Part shown: piece by piece, positions 36,801 through 46,600 of the stretch
Numbering within the stretch: the first letter of the stretch is position 1
Layout: each line of letters opens with the position of its first letter
Notes under the pieces: generated by a model
Told to the model about the DNA's origin: nothing
What the model saw: only the letters and a program-made list of their open reading frames with translations
The model's database searches: none
DNA from: Takakia lepidozioides
Lineage: Eukaryota; Plantae; Bryophyta
Direction: 5' to 3'
Assembly (NCBI GenBank): GCA_030704615.1
Contig: CM060731.1
Coordinates: 2,852,001-2,916,000 of the forward strand
DNA length: 64,000 bases
Translations under genes and position numbers: made by a program

Positions 36801-39800
36801 GCATCCCAATTACAATTGGAGGAGAACTCAACGCCCAGGTAAGTGTAGGAAGGGAGGACCGGGATCTCTTGGCTACCCCACTGCCACTTAAGATCACTTC
36901 CTCCCTCTCCTCTGTCGTTGAATGCTACCACTGCACATTTGCTGACATTAGCCTCTAGCCCCCAAAGATCAAAGTATCTCTTCGCGCAATCAATCAACTC
37001 CTGGAGATTGGTTGGAGTCTCCCCTATGCCTGCGAAGTCATCCGCAAACATAAGGGCTGGTATGGTGGTATCACCCACCCTTAACCCAAATCCCTCACTT
37101 TCCACATCCTCGAGGAGTTGATTGATGAAAACATTGAAGAGCAGAGGGGAGAGAGTACATCCTTGAGCTACACCTTGGTCTATGTCAAAGAAGTTGGACT
37201 TCTGTCCGTTAACAGTGACACAGCTTTTGGTGTGAGCATACAAGTTGTGGACAACTCTCCACATCTTTCCCTTGATCCCACAAGACCAGAGGCGGAACCA
37301 TAGGCCATCCCTCCACACTGTGTCATAAGCCTTTTTGACATCCAGGAAAAAGACATAAGTGGGTATCCCTTCTTTTTTTCTTCCTTGGATAATCTGGCTT
37401 AGAGTGAAGATATGATCCACACAGCCCCTGTTTCGCCGAAAGCCAGCTTGGCCTTCGTGGAAACAACCTCTAAACTCCAGATCAACCTCGAGACGAGTAC
37501 TTATAACTCTGCAGAATGTCTTGCCAACAGCATTGAGGAGCGTGATGCCACGGTAGTTCCCCGGTTCTTCTCTGTCACCCTTCTTGTATAGATTGACAAT
37601 GACCCCCTGTCGCCAGCGAAAGGGGATCATTTCAGTCTTCCAGATAAGGTTAAAGAGGAGAACTAGGGCCTCTATCATGGAATCGCCACCGTGCTTGATA
37701 AGCTCGTTGACAATGCCATCAGGTCCACCAGCTTTATATCCATTTAAATGTTCAATTGCTTCCACAATCTCAGAAGAACTAATGGGAGCATTATAAGCCA
37801 TTGAAATATACTCCAGTTCATCAGGGCTGTTTTGAATCATAGGAACAGTTTTTCCAACTGTGTCCCTCCATTCAGCAGAAGACCCCTCACTGTTAGACCT
37901 AGAAGTTCTGCCAAGGATACTGTAGTGAGTTTCAAAGGTTTTGACAATGTCAACCGATGAAGTCACCACTGCACCTTTAGTAGTCTTCAGCGCTTGTACT
38001 TGCTGACCGTTTTTCGGTTTGTACAAACGTTGAAGGGCCAACCAGAATTTCTTGTCATTACCACCATGGTGGTTTGAGTTTATTTCACTGTATAACTTGT
38101 CCCAGTATAATTTCTTCTTAGACCTAACAAGCTGATTGATATCTTTACGGAGCTGGTAGTACCTCGCCCACAATTCTCTGTTGGTTTCCAAATTGCAGCA
38201 CTCTTTATAGAGGGCTCGTCTCTCAGCTATCTTGAGTTTAATCTCATTAGTCCACCAATTAACTGCTCTACCGCAGACAATTAGTTTCCTCCCAATGATC
38301 TTTAGCCACGGAGGAAACGAAACTCTCCCAAGAGTCCACTGCTCTTTCGACTTCATTTCTTGCGTTAACAGAGCGTGATTGAAGTTCTTGGAGCGATTGG
38401 ACAAAATGAGGGAGAGCCTCTTGCAAGGCCTGGACGTACTCAGCCTTGACCTCCTCATTGTGGAATTTTTCTATGCGCCACTTCCGAATCGAACGTTTCA
38501 CACATCTCTTGGTGGTGGGAAAACACCTTTTGATCTCAGTCCAAACCAGGAAGTGGTCAGAGGTACCAATATCAGTTCTGTCAATCAACACATTGGCACA
38601 CTGGGGGAACAAAATTTTGTCCATTATGATATAGTCCACAATGGAACGTTCCCCAGTTTGGGGTTTCTCACGAGTCCACTGCACTTGGTCACCTCTTGTC
38701 CTGTTATTCAAGGTCAAAAGCTGAAGCTCTTCTAGACAGTTAATTAACCGTCTGCCATTAGAATTCAGCTCGTCCTCACCAAAAGGTCCAATGATATCGT
38801 CCTGATGGATCCCTTTGCCCACCCGGGCATTGAAGTCCCCCAATAGTACCACCTGACCTTTGGCAAGGAACGAAGCACAGTCCAGCTTTACATCTTCGAA
38901 GGCCTTGTCTGCGTCAGCACTAAGGGTCCCCTCTGTGGGCATGTAAACACAACCAACAAAGAGGTCCTTTGTACTCATGCCGCCCTTCAAATTCAGTTTT
39001 AGCCAGATACTATGCTCGTACCTCAAACCCTTGTTGATAATTTCACAATTGTCAAACAAGAAATCACGGACAAAGAATCCAACCCCTTTTTGACCGCGTT
39101 TGGCAGAGGCTGCCTTGAGAGTACACATCTTACCTGCCCATTTATAACCAATGACATCTCCAACCAGTTTATCCGACGTTTCCCATGTTTCTTGCCCAGC
39201 ACAGATATGAATATCATTAGTCCGAAGAACTTGTCCCACTTCAAGTTGTTTCCTTTGGTTGGTCAACCCTGAGAAGTTGAAAGTGGCCAGCCGCAAGCCA
39301 GCCCTTTGCGTGTGAATTGTTTGTCGTCTAGGTAGCTTGTGATTGCTCCTGGACGGCCAACCGTTCTGCAAAGGGGGGACAGTTACCCCATGTGTAGATT
39401 TTGCTCGTCTTGTGTAAACTTTGAGAATTGGTAAACCATTCAGGGTACCAAATCTTTCAGTTACACGACACACAGGCTCCGTACACATAGGGGCAGATTG
39501 TCCGTCAGACTGCTTGGGGACAATTACCCCGTGTATAGATTTTGCTCGTCTTGTGTAGACTTTGAGGATTGGTAAACCATTTAGAGTACCAAATCCTTCA
39601 GTTACACGACGTTCAGGCTCTGCACACTTAGGGACAGATTGTCCATCTGACAGCTTGGGGACAATTACCCCATGTATAGAATTTGTTCGTCTTGTGTAAA
39701 CCTTGAGGATTGGTAAACCATTCAGAGTACCAAATCCTTCAGATTCAGGACGTTCAGGTTCCGTACACTTAGGGGCATCTTGTCCTTCTGGCTGTTTGGA

Positions 39801-42524
39801 TTCAACCTCATCCAGAGCATCAAACCGATTAGAAACTCTCAAGTTGAAGTTGTTGCCCTTGGTTGTCTTCCTAGAGCGCCCCATTGAATCACCAATGTCT
39901 AAGACCGCTCTCCAGCCAGTCAAGGGACGAACTTCTTTGAGATTGAATTGATGCGGGACTCTATTAGAAGCACTTTTGGTCATTGCAACCTTCAACGTAC
40001 CCCTGTTATCAAGTCTCGAGATGGTACCATTAGCCATGAAATCCAAGCCTAAGCTAGAGCATGTAGTTTTAAAGGACACATCGTCCATCCTGGGATTCAC
40101 CCCAAAAACTACACATGAAGCCCTAGATTTGGCATAAGTAACCAATTCCCAGGGATCACCCTGAGGAGTGTTGATGTTGATAGGAGCTAAATTTTTGATT
40201 GTTTTCGCAGGCCATAAGTTTAAGCACAGGAACCAACCCGAGCCCAAGTGCCGAGTATGCTAGACAGAGCATACGACTGCCCAATTTGGGCGGAGGGGCT
40301 GCCCCCAAGCGGTAGGAGTCCACTTGTTACCATTCAGAGATCACACTCCAGGGAGTTGCAGGGAATGGCCCGTGTAGGCATATTCTAAAGAGGGAAAGGC
40401 CCCAAGCTTTCCAACTAAATCCAATGCACTACCTTACCTGAAGCAAAGCGCTTCAGGTCGAAACAAACAAGGACACGAGGTCACAAGGCCGGCATTTAGT
40501 CACAGAGACATTAATGTACTCCCGTTTCAAGTCCACCCAATGTCAATAGGCTTCCTAGAGGACAGGGAGACTAAAGACAAAGAGAGAGGGAGAGGGAGAG
40601 AGAGAGAGAGAGAGAGAGAGCTTACATGCCATTCGGGGGCTAATTAGATACATGACCACTGTCATGAAGTAGTAACCAACAGCAATATGCTGTGCCAAAA
40701 ACCGGTCCACCCAGCGCTCATCTCCACCTAGAGCCTGCAACAACAGAGCAACTCCATATGAGCTTTGAAGTTTTGGGCTTTCCTTCAAAAAGCATTTGAC
40801 TAACAGTCCTCTCAAATGACAATGACAGGGTGAAAACTCCTGCTATTCATTCTCCCAAGTAAAACAGAAAGAGCTTAGAGCAACCCTATGGAAAACCACA
40901 TGTCCCCTTGATTTAATGTAGAAGAAAACCTCCATTGTGAGCAGGTGATGCAGTTCATTCCAGCTCTCCGCAAAATGAACCTTCAAATAGTCGGCGCGCC
41001 TCCACCACCCAAAGCTCTCATACATATGTAGTACTGACACAAATGCTACTCAGCCCTCCAACCAATGCACAGTCTCACAGTTTCAGAACCAGTGCACAGG
41101 ATTGAAAAGTTCCTAGAAGCTTCAGCAGTAAATGATGTTGTAGGAGAACAGAACAAAGTGAAAGTGATTTACAGATGACTGTCCACCTTAGACTAGCAAT
41201 TTTCCTCATCATGCAACCATAAGACTGGGATACTAACTCTTCCTGGAGCCAAGAGAGGACTTGCATCAACCAGAGTATGAACCAATTCTAAGATTGCATG
41301 GACAGTCAATACTCCTCTCAATAGATGAAAGTAGACAAAAGTCAACAGAAAGTTCAATGAGCCTGCATCTCAACAGGATAATTTATGGAACTGAACCTGC
41401 ACTGGCGAATCAAGAAGCCTACCAAAGTAGGGGACTCTGGCAATTGTTTCGAGAACATAAAATCGGGCATATAAACGCTTTGCATAGAGACCATCCAATA
41501 CCTTGATCACAGCCTCCTGCAAACAGAATTGCCCAGCCAATGAGACACTGCCCTTCCTTCTTCTCTTACCCTGGAACAATACCCCACTATGCACAGACAT
41601 ATTGCTACCAATTAGACATTTGCCACACTCTGAATGAACACACCCTAGTTAATAGGGATACCCACCAAAACGACAAAACTTTAAAGTAGGGAATAAAGGG
41701 CATACAGTGGCAAGAACGTTGAAAGCTTGCTCAGCTCTAATGACCCACTTTTCAAGGCCTTTTGGAAGGTCTGCATCAGGCTCTACTTGAATCTCCTCCA
41801 CCAAAGCCGCTTGCACCCGTCTCCAACCTCTGTAACATCCAATTTTCACCACACTGCAACTGAAGTGTGCTCTTGATCGGTTGGTTCACGAAAAATCAGT
41901 CCAATCAGCCTAGATGCTCCTAAGGTACGCTTATTTGGGCTCAAAAATTGGCTTTGCAAACAATATGATAAAAATCACACCTTTAAATACACAAGATTCA
42001 TAACACTCCAAAGCATATTGGAGGAAACTACAACATGAACTATTGCATCACAAGAATGAGGAGAGAGCCTTAGCTAATTTGCAAGCGAGATGACTAAGAA
42101 AGGGCAGCCCACGCTCTCATCCTTTGTCTCTCGAAAGAGATCAATGACTTGACTCAGCTGATCCAGCAATTGAATTCCTCCTCAGAGGTCACAACAGATA
42201 TCAATTCCCGAGACAAGTGCTGATTATCTGACACCTGTGCCTGTGTCCGTGAGTAGTAGCAAAACAATCACACAGGGAAAGAGAGAGGATGGAAGAAGGC
42301 GGAAGAAAGGGAGAAGACCTGCCAAAAGAGTGGCTTCTTAGCCGCAAGGATGCACACTCATTGTATAAGCTTTGGGGAAGCTGGTGACTCCTAATTCTCC
42401 GTAGTCGCTGATGAGCTCTAGCAATGGCAACAGATGCGCACACTCCAGTACTTTCGCCGGTGAAAGCACACTGGCTTGTGGCTGGCATAGCCCTCCATGA
42501 CCCACTTGTCAAACTGAGTGACAT
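33833..42524 (-). CDS. PTOX: Plastid terminal oxidase (IMMUTANS/AOX4), 9 exons
   Basis: Exons ~42524-42320, 41829-41706, 41516-41423, 41045-40930, 40734-40626, 35013-34945, 34463-34392, 34277-34230, 34116-33833. Di-iron motifs VLETIARVPYF, HFAESWNELHHL, HFSECVEKHA and IREDEAQH. The N-terminus is Ser/Arg-rich like a transit peptide. Confidence 0.96.
35705..38302 (-). CDS. LINE reverse transcriptase plus zinc-binding C-terminus (downstream of the frameshift)
   Basis: Motifs KAGGPDGI, PGNYRGITLL, QAGFRRNRGCVDHIF, FLDVKKAYDTV, GVAQGCTLSPLLF, FADD, YTYLGV, CPLCGQSEDSIHFLIHC. Confidence 0.93.
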   Translation of the reverse strand, partial: KIIGRKLIVCGRAVNWWTNEIKLKIAERRALYKECCNLETNRELWARYYQLRKDINQLVRSKKKLYWDKLYSEINSNHHGGNDKKFWLALQRLYKPKNGQQVQALKTTKGAVVTSSVDIVKTFETHYSILGRTSRSNSEGSSAEWRDTVGKTVPMIQNSPDELEYISMAYNAPISSSEIVEAIEHLNGYKAGGPDGIVNELIKHGGDSMIEALVLLFNLIWKTEMIPFRWRQGVIVNLYKKGDREEPGNYRGITLLNAVGKTFCRVISTRLEVDLEFRGCFHEGQAGFRRNRGCVDHIFTLSQIIQGRKKEGIPTYVFFLDVKKAYDTVWRDGLWFRLWSCGIKGKMWRVVHNLYAHTKSCVTVNGQKSNFFDIDQGVAQGCTLSPLLFNVFINQLLEDVESEGFGLRVGDTTIPALMFADDFAGIGETPTNLQELIDCAKRYFDLWGLEANVSKCAVVAFNDRGEGGSDLKWQWGSQEIPVLPSYTYLGVEFSSNCNWDAHIRKVVQTGKGKALGLTKFFHCRGVNSEVKKTMLCRVIRPALEYGSAIWVDNSNQAKSLESIQVGVLKECMSACSKTANVAVRGEFGIPSLSSRRDEFKVRWWGQLQHMPNTRYPKLIDSISWKQDRPVKQAKSWQKRVEEILKDLDLDPQVLTLLDKSDLEAVVSSAMSVAMRLSDENEVRRKTSLNLFPVCDMGEDILDDLKGLPTLGTRLKFKLRAGSLPLNSKQKQRGKGECNCPLCGQSEDSIHFLIHCPGFSHQRDALFKSIKGIVPVPLFTNFESLEAEPKAQALLRPSFWANHTQQIDACVKGFLEDIWKTRINSLYGGKSYYQRQPLTEVGSVPFVPAQTGRGVNGHKATANNVL
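38268..40247 (-). CDS. LINE N-terminal region fused in frame to AP endonuclease
   Basis: APE motifs ATFNFSG, AGQETW, GVGFFV, GCVYMP, LLGDFNARVG, SIVDYII and SDHFLVW. They are preceded by an SNRFDAL motif and three 47-aa repeats. The ORF opens on TTG; the first ATG is codon 54. Confidence 0.9.
   Translation of the reverse strand: MGSGWFLCLNLWPAKTIKNLAPININTPQGDPWELVTYAKSRASCVVFGVNPRMDDVSFKTTCSSLGLDFMANGTISRLDNRGTLKVAMTKSASNRVPHQFNLKEVRPLTGWRAVLDIGDSMGRSRKTTKGNNFNLRVSNRFDALDEVESKQPEGQDAPKCTEPERPESEGFGTLNGLPILKVYTRRTNSIHGVIVPKLSDGQSVPKCAEPERRVTEGFGTLNGLPILKVYTRRAKSIHGVIVPKQSDGQSAPMCTEPVCRVTERFGTLNGLPILKVYTRRAKSTHGVTVPPLQNGWPSRSNHKLPRRQTIHTQRAGLRLATFNFSGLTNQRKQLEVGQVLRTNDIHICAGQETWETSDKLVGDVIGYKWAGKMCTLKAASAKRGQKGVGFFVRDFLFDNCEIINKGLRYEHSIWLKLNLKGGMSTKDLFVGCVYMPTEGTLSADADKAFEDVKLDCASFLAKGQVVLLGDFNARVGKGIHQDDIIGPFGEDELNSNGRRLINCLEELQLLTLNNRTRGDQVQWTREKPQTGERSIVDYIIMDKILFPQCANVLIDRTDIGTSDHFLVWTEIKRCFPTTKRCVKRSIRKWRIEKFHNEEVKAEYVQALQEALPHFVQSLQELQSRSVNARNEVERAVDSWESFVSSVAKDHWEETNCLR
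39363..39785 (-). repeat. 3 x 141-bp (47-aa) in-frame tandem repeat in the LINE ORF
   Basis: ggtaaacc recurs at 39430, 39571 and 39712 (period 141). The peptide FGTLNGLPILKVYTRR occurs three times. Confidence 0.95.
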
Positions 42525-43689
42525 AGTGTACTCGCTTCTTTCCTTGACCACGCCTCTGAAAAGTAGTAGTTGCAGAGTCACCCAAAATGCGATCGCTGCA
42601 GAAATGAGCTCAAATAAGACAGATACTCCAAGTCCACCACAACCACCTCAGGTATTGCACGGGACTGATCAAATTCCCCCAAACTCAACCTCGACTCACT
42701 GTTCTCTCTCACTGTTCCTAGTGGGAGGGGTGCGAGAAGTTTAATGAGAACAACTGTACACGACAAGAACCCGGATGTTTTCTACTTGTCTTCCCCAGGA
42801 ATCTCTCCAAGATATGTCCGGGGAGGATTCGTATCATAACATAAATACTCTTTTCAGCATGCGATTTTGAATTCTCCTAAGTTCGAAAAACTAAGCATTC
42901 GTAACCAAGGCCCACTCTTTGTTCTTTTTCTTACTGAAATTTCTTCTTTGACAAGTTGTGATACTCAACTTGAGTCATAGAGGACTACAGTACTTTACAG
43001 TTCTTGAGGTCAAATCTCTATCGTCCGAAACTGCTTGTAGGCGGTAGGGATTTGTCCAACAGCATGGGTTGCAAGGAAAAGAGTCATGGCCGAGAAATGG
43101 ACGGTGGGGGAACATTTGATAAATCCTTGAAAAAAATGCAACTCAAGGGCGCATGCAGCTATGATCGCAGTGCAGAGCAGAGCACAGAATTTACTGACAT
43201 GTCTCTTGCACTTTTTGCAGTCTTGTAATCTGCACATTCAGTGCCGTCCTTGATCTGCGATGACTGGTGCTGAACTGGGCGCTTAAGAGTAGTCGTAGGA
43301 ATTGTGTGGGTTTTTTGTTAGTTAGCCTGTGACCAGCATCTGCCTCTTGGTCTGTGATGGTAACAGATGCAACGGAATTATCTTGTTTTGAAGGTGGAGA
43401 GAGTGGCAAGGATGGATTTCCAATTGGTTGCTGTGAGTGGCAATCTCTAGGGTTTATGATCACGTGTTTCAGCATCCGTGCATTGTTCAACTGTGCTACG
43501 CCACTGATGATGGCGACGGATGGTGCGAGATAGTTGTAGAAGACGCCAGGGACTGGTTATTCATACCTGGGCAGCGATGGGGCGGGAAGGTTTGCAGTGG
43601 GGTGAGAGAGTTACTTTCTTGGGAGGCAGCGGGTGAGGGGCATCTCGTTGTCCACCAGAAGCCCAATTGGAAGCTGAGCAGCTGTAATA

Positions 43690-46600
43690 ATGGAGGAAGA
43701 AATTGAAACTCTCAGTAAGAGAAAGGGCTCCCGGCTGGAACACAAAGAACAGGAAGAGGAAGAGGACAAGTTGGGACGGGCCCAATGCCTTACTCGTGAT
43801 TCTCTATCAGGTCCGAGTAAGCAAGGGAAGAAAGATACAGGCATTAGTGAAGTGGAGGTGGTTGAAGAAGATGCAGTAGGTGACAAGAGTGGAGATGATG
43901 GAAACGGAGGGGTGGAGGAGGCTAAAAAAGGTTCTGATTTGTCCTCCGCAGGTAGGCTAGACTATCAAGCAATGGCTTCCTTTACACCCCTGGAAGGCTC
44001 AAACTTGTCACTGGAGAGAAGGAGAGCTTTGAACTTGAGTTCGTCTCCCAGTGTATATGAACTCTCCCCTGCATCCCCCATCCCTTTCCTAAGCTCCTCA
44101 TCCCCTCCTATAACGAGTGTTCTGTGGGAATCTCATCCAGCACCAGATAGAAGAGGTGGTGGGTGTTGCGAGGAGGGGCACGGAGGCACTTTCGGGCAAG
44201 ACGACCAGCTCTCCCATCCTGAAGCCATGCTGTCGTCACCCGGGTCAGATGCAGATAACTGCCACACGGAGTTAAGACTTCCCCGGGGCATGCTCTTCTA
44301 CGCACATACGAAGGGAGGTTCTGGACACCGAGAGAAAGCCGCACTAATCGAGGCATCTCTGCGCCACGTTCTCTCTGATCCTGTAACGTGAGTGCATTCC
44401 CTTTCTGTCAGTATGAACCTTTTTGACAAATTGTAGAGATTACCCTTCATACGGCTTGCCCAATTTACTGCTATTTCTTTATCATGCTTTCTTGAGTTTG
44501 TCATGCTTCTGTCTTCCCATCTTTGGAGTAGGAACCCTTTTCCATTTTCTTGCTGTATTGCGTTATGCTCTTTTTGAATTGATGCTTGCTCCAAGTTCAC
44601 TTGCTTTACAGCTTCTGTACCTGCTAAAAGAATTAGGATAGGCTCCTCCATCCCATACATGACAGGTCCACTTTAACGCTGTTAGAACTTTGAGGGTTAT
44701 CTGATTCTAACTCTGTTCACAGTTGGAAGGTGTCAACTGTGAACACGAAGTGTGAATGTATGCAGAAACTTCCCCTTGTCTGGTATTTACTGGGAAATAG
44801 TGAGCCCTTAGGACTTCTCATTTTTATGTTTTGTTTACTTAGAAACATTCAGCTTGCTTGGGCACCTGTGTGTCCGTGAAGGTGAGGACAATCTATAGCC
44901 AGGCTGCTTGAAAATGCCACCTACATTAGTGGATTGCGCCCAATCTGTTTGGCTGGGAATGTTTTGAAGAGGAATTTTGTACAAGCTCTCCACCATCCCT
45001 CACTTTGCTCACTGGATGGCCACTGACTGTAGGTGTCTGGATGTGCCAGGGGAACATTTATGGACGATGCCATGGTAGCAAGGTGTGGACATTCATTTGG
45101 GAGTGCTAGCCTGATTGCCGTGCGTGAGACGGTACCACCATGTAACTTACTGCTGTGAAGTGGTTGTCTTAGCCTCAAGCCTTCCAATGATCTCTACATA
45201 GCTCTCTACCATGTGCGCTCATTAGAGACTGCAGTACATAATGTTGTTGGGCCATATGTAGCTGTAATTTATGTTTGACTTGTTTGTAAGGTGCGGAAGT
45301 TTTTGAAACTTGTTACCCATGCTAGGAAATAATTTGTAAGAGCTTGAGTCACCTAGATGATGCAAGCCAAGGAATTGCTTCATTTGCTCATTGGGTGGAG
45401 CATGTTGGATGGCTGTTGCAGAGCACATGCATGCATTGCGGGGCAGCTATTCCTGTAGACTCACTGGTTCCAAATTACGGTGAGTGACATTATTAGTCGA
45501 CACCATTTTTCTTTGGGTTAGCGTGCATTGTGCTAGAAACATTCTTGTTTCTTACATTGTTCAAAGGGTACCTGTTTCTGACTCTGGGTATGTGCTGGCT
45601 GCGCTGCAAGATATACAGCCATGCAGGGGGTTGACGTGTTGGTTCTGTGTCTTGCAGCACTTCGGGCAGCAGTGCAGGCGTTCAAGCGAGAAGATCAGAT
45701 GTGGGGGCTTACCTCAATGAAGGCAGCCAAGAGGAGGAGGGAACAACTTGAGCAGCCTGAGGGGTCAGATTTAAAGAGGCTGGCTCGGGTATGCTGGTGT
45801 ACCAGTGAGTCTGTAGTTTACAATGTTGAGCCTAGTTTAGTTACTCTGGGATCCGGTGCAGAGTGATGGTGCTGTGTTGTGCTGTTTGCCATAAAGGGCA
45901 TGGGACTAAATGACTTCATTGCAGGATCAGTTTGTTGCACGCGAACAGACATCGCCAACAGAGGGTTCACGGCCAAGGGGTGTCCAGTTCCCTTTTTCTG
46001 TTAGTGACCGGGTCCTCATCAAGGTATGTCACATGGTTGCTAGCCCTGCTTGGATGCTATTCTGAGCAGATGGCTGCTGCTTAGTAATGGGCAAGCAGCC
46101 TTCACAGGTCTGAAGTGCATCTTCTTTTGGAGCTGCTTGCATTTACTTCCTCCTCTCTGCTTATTATACAGTTTTCCAAGCTCAATGTGCCCTGTTTGTC
46201 AAACTTATGATTGATGTATAATTTTGGCGACTCTGTCTGTGATAGGGTAACAAAAGGACTCCAGAACGCTTTGTTGGGAGGGAGGCAGTTATTACGACTC
46301 AGTGCCTGAATGGATGGTATGGCTTAATTCTCCATTATTCCTCAGGGAGAAATAATGTTACTAGTGACTGAACTTGGGTATGTTTTTTTTATATAGGGGT
46401 GGACCTGTGTGGATCTGCACTTGAGAGATGATGGTTCATGAAGGTGTGTCAGAGGACAGCCTTGGTTGTCTATCTGAAATGTTTCACCATGTGATAACAA
46501 GGTGGTTTGTAATTATCTCTAGGTACTTGGTGAGGACATTGGACAACGGTGAGAGTGTGCGATTACAGTACCGCTCTCTGCAAAAATTAGGAGGTCAGCT

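Larger units (their letters stand above)
35630..40500 (-). mobile_element. Near full-length LINE retrotransposon in PTOX intron 5, same orientation as the host gene
   Basis: Structured 5' region, N-terminal region plus APE endonuclease, RT, C-terminal CPLC...HFLIHC zinc site and a repeated 3' tail. One frameshift near 38302. TSD not confidently identified. Confidence 0.93.

Noticed and set aside
40430-40500. Hammerhead, twister or HDV ribozyme in the LINE leader
   Set aside because: No CUGANGA core is present, and I could not build the HDV or twister pseudoknots by eye.
35047-40510. CAGAGACA at 35047-35054 and 40503-40510 as LINE TSD (would imply a ~580-bp 3' transduction)
   Set aside because: An 8-bp match is expected by chance given the search space, and no tail abuts the left copy. 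Unresolved without an empty allele.
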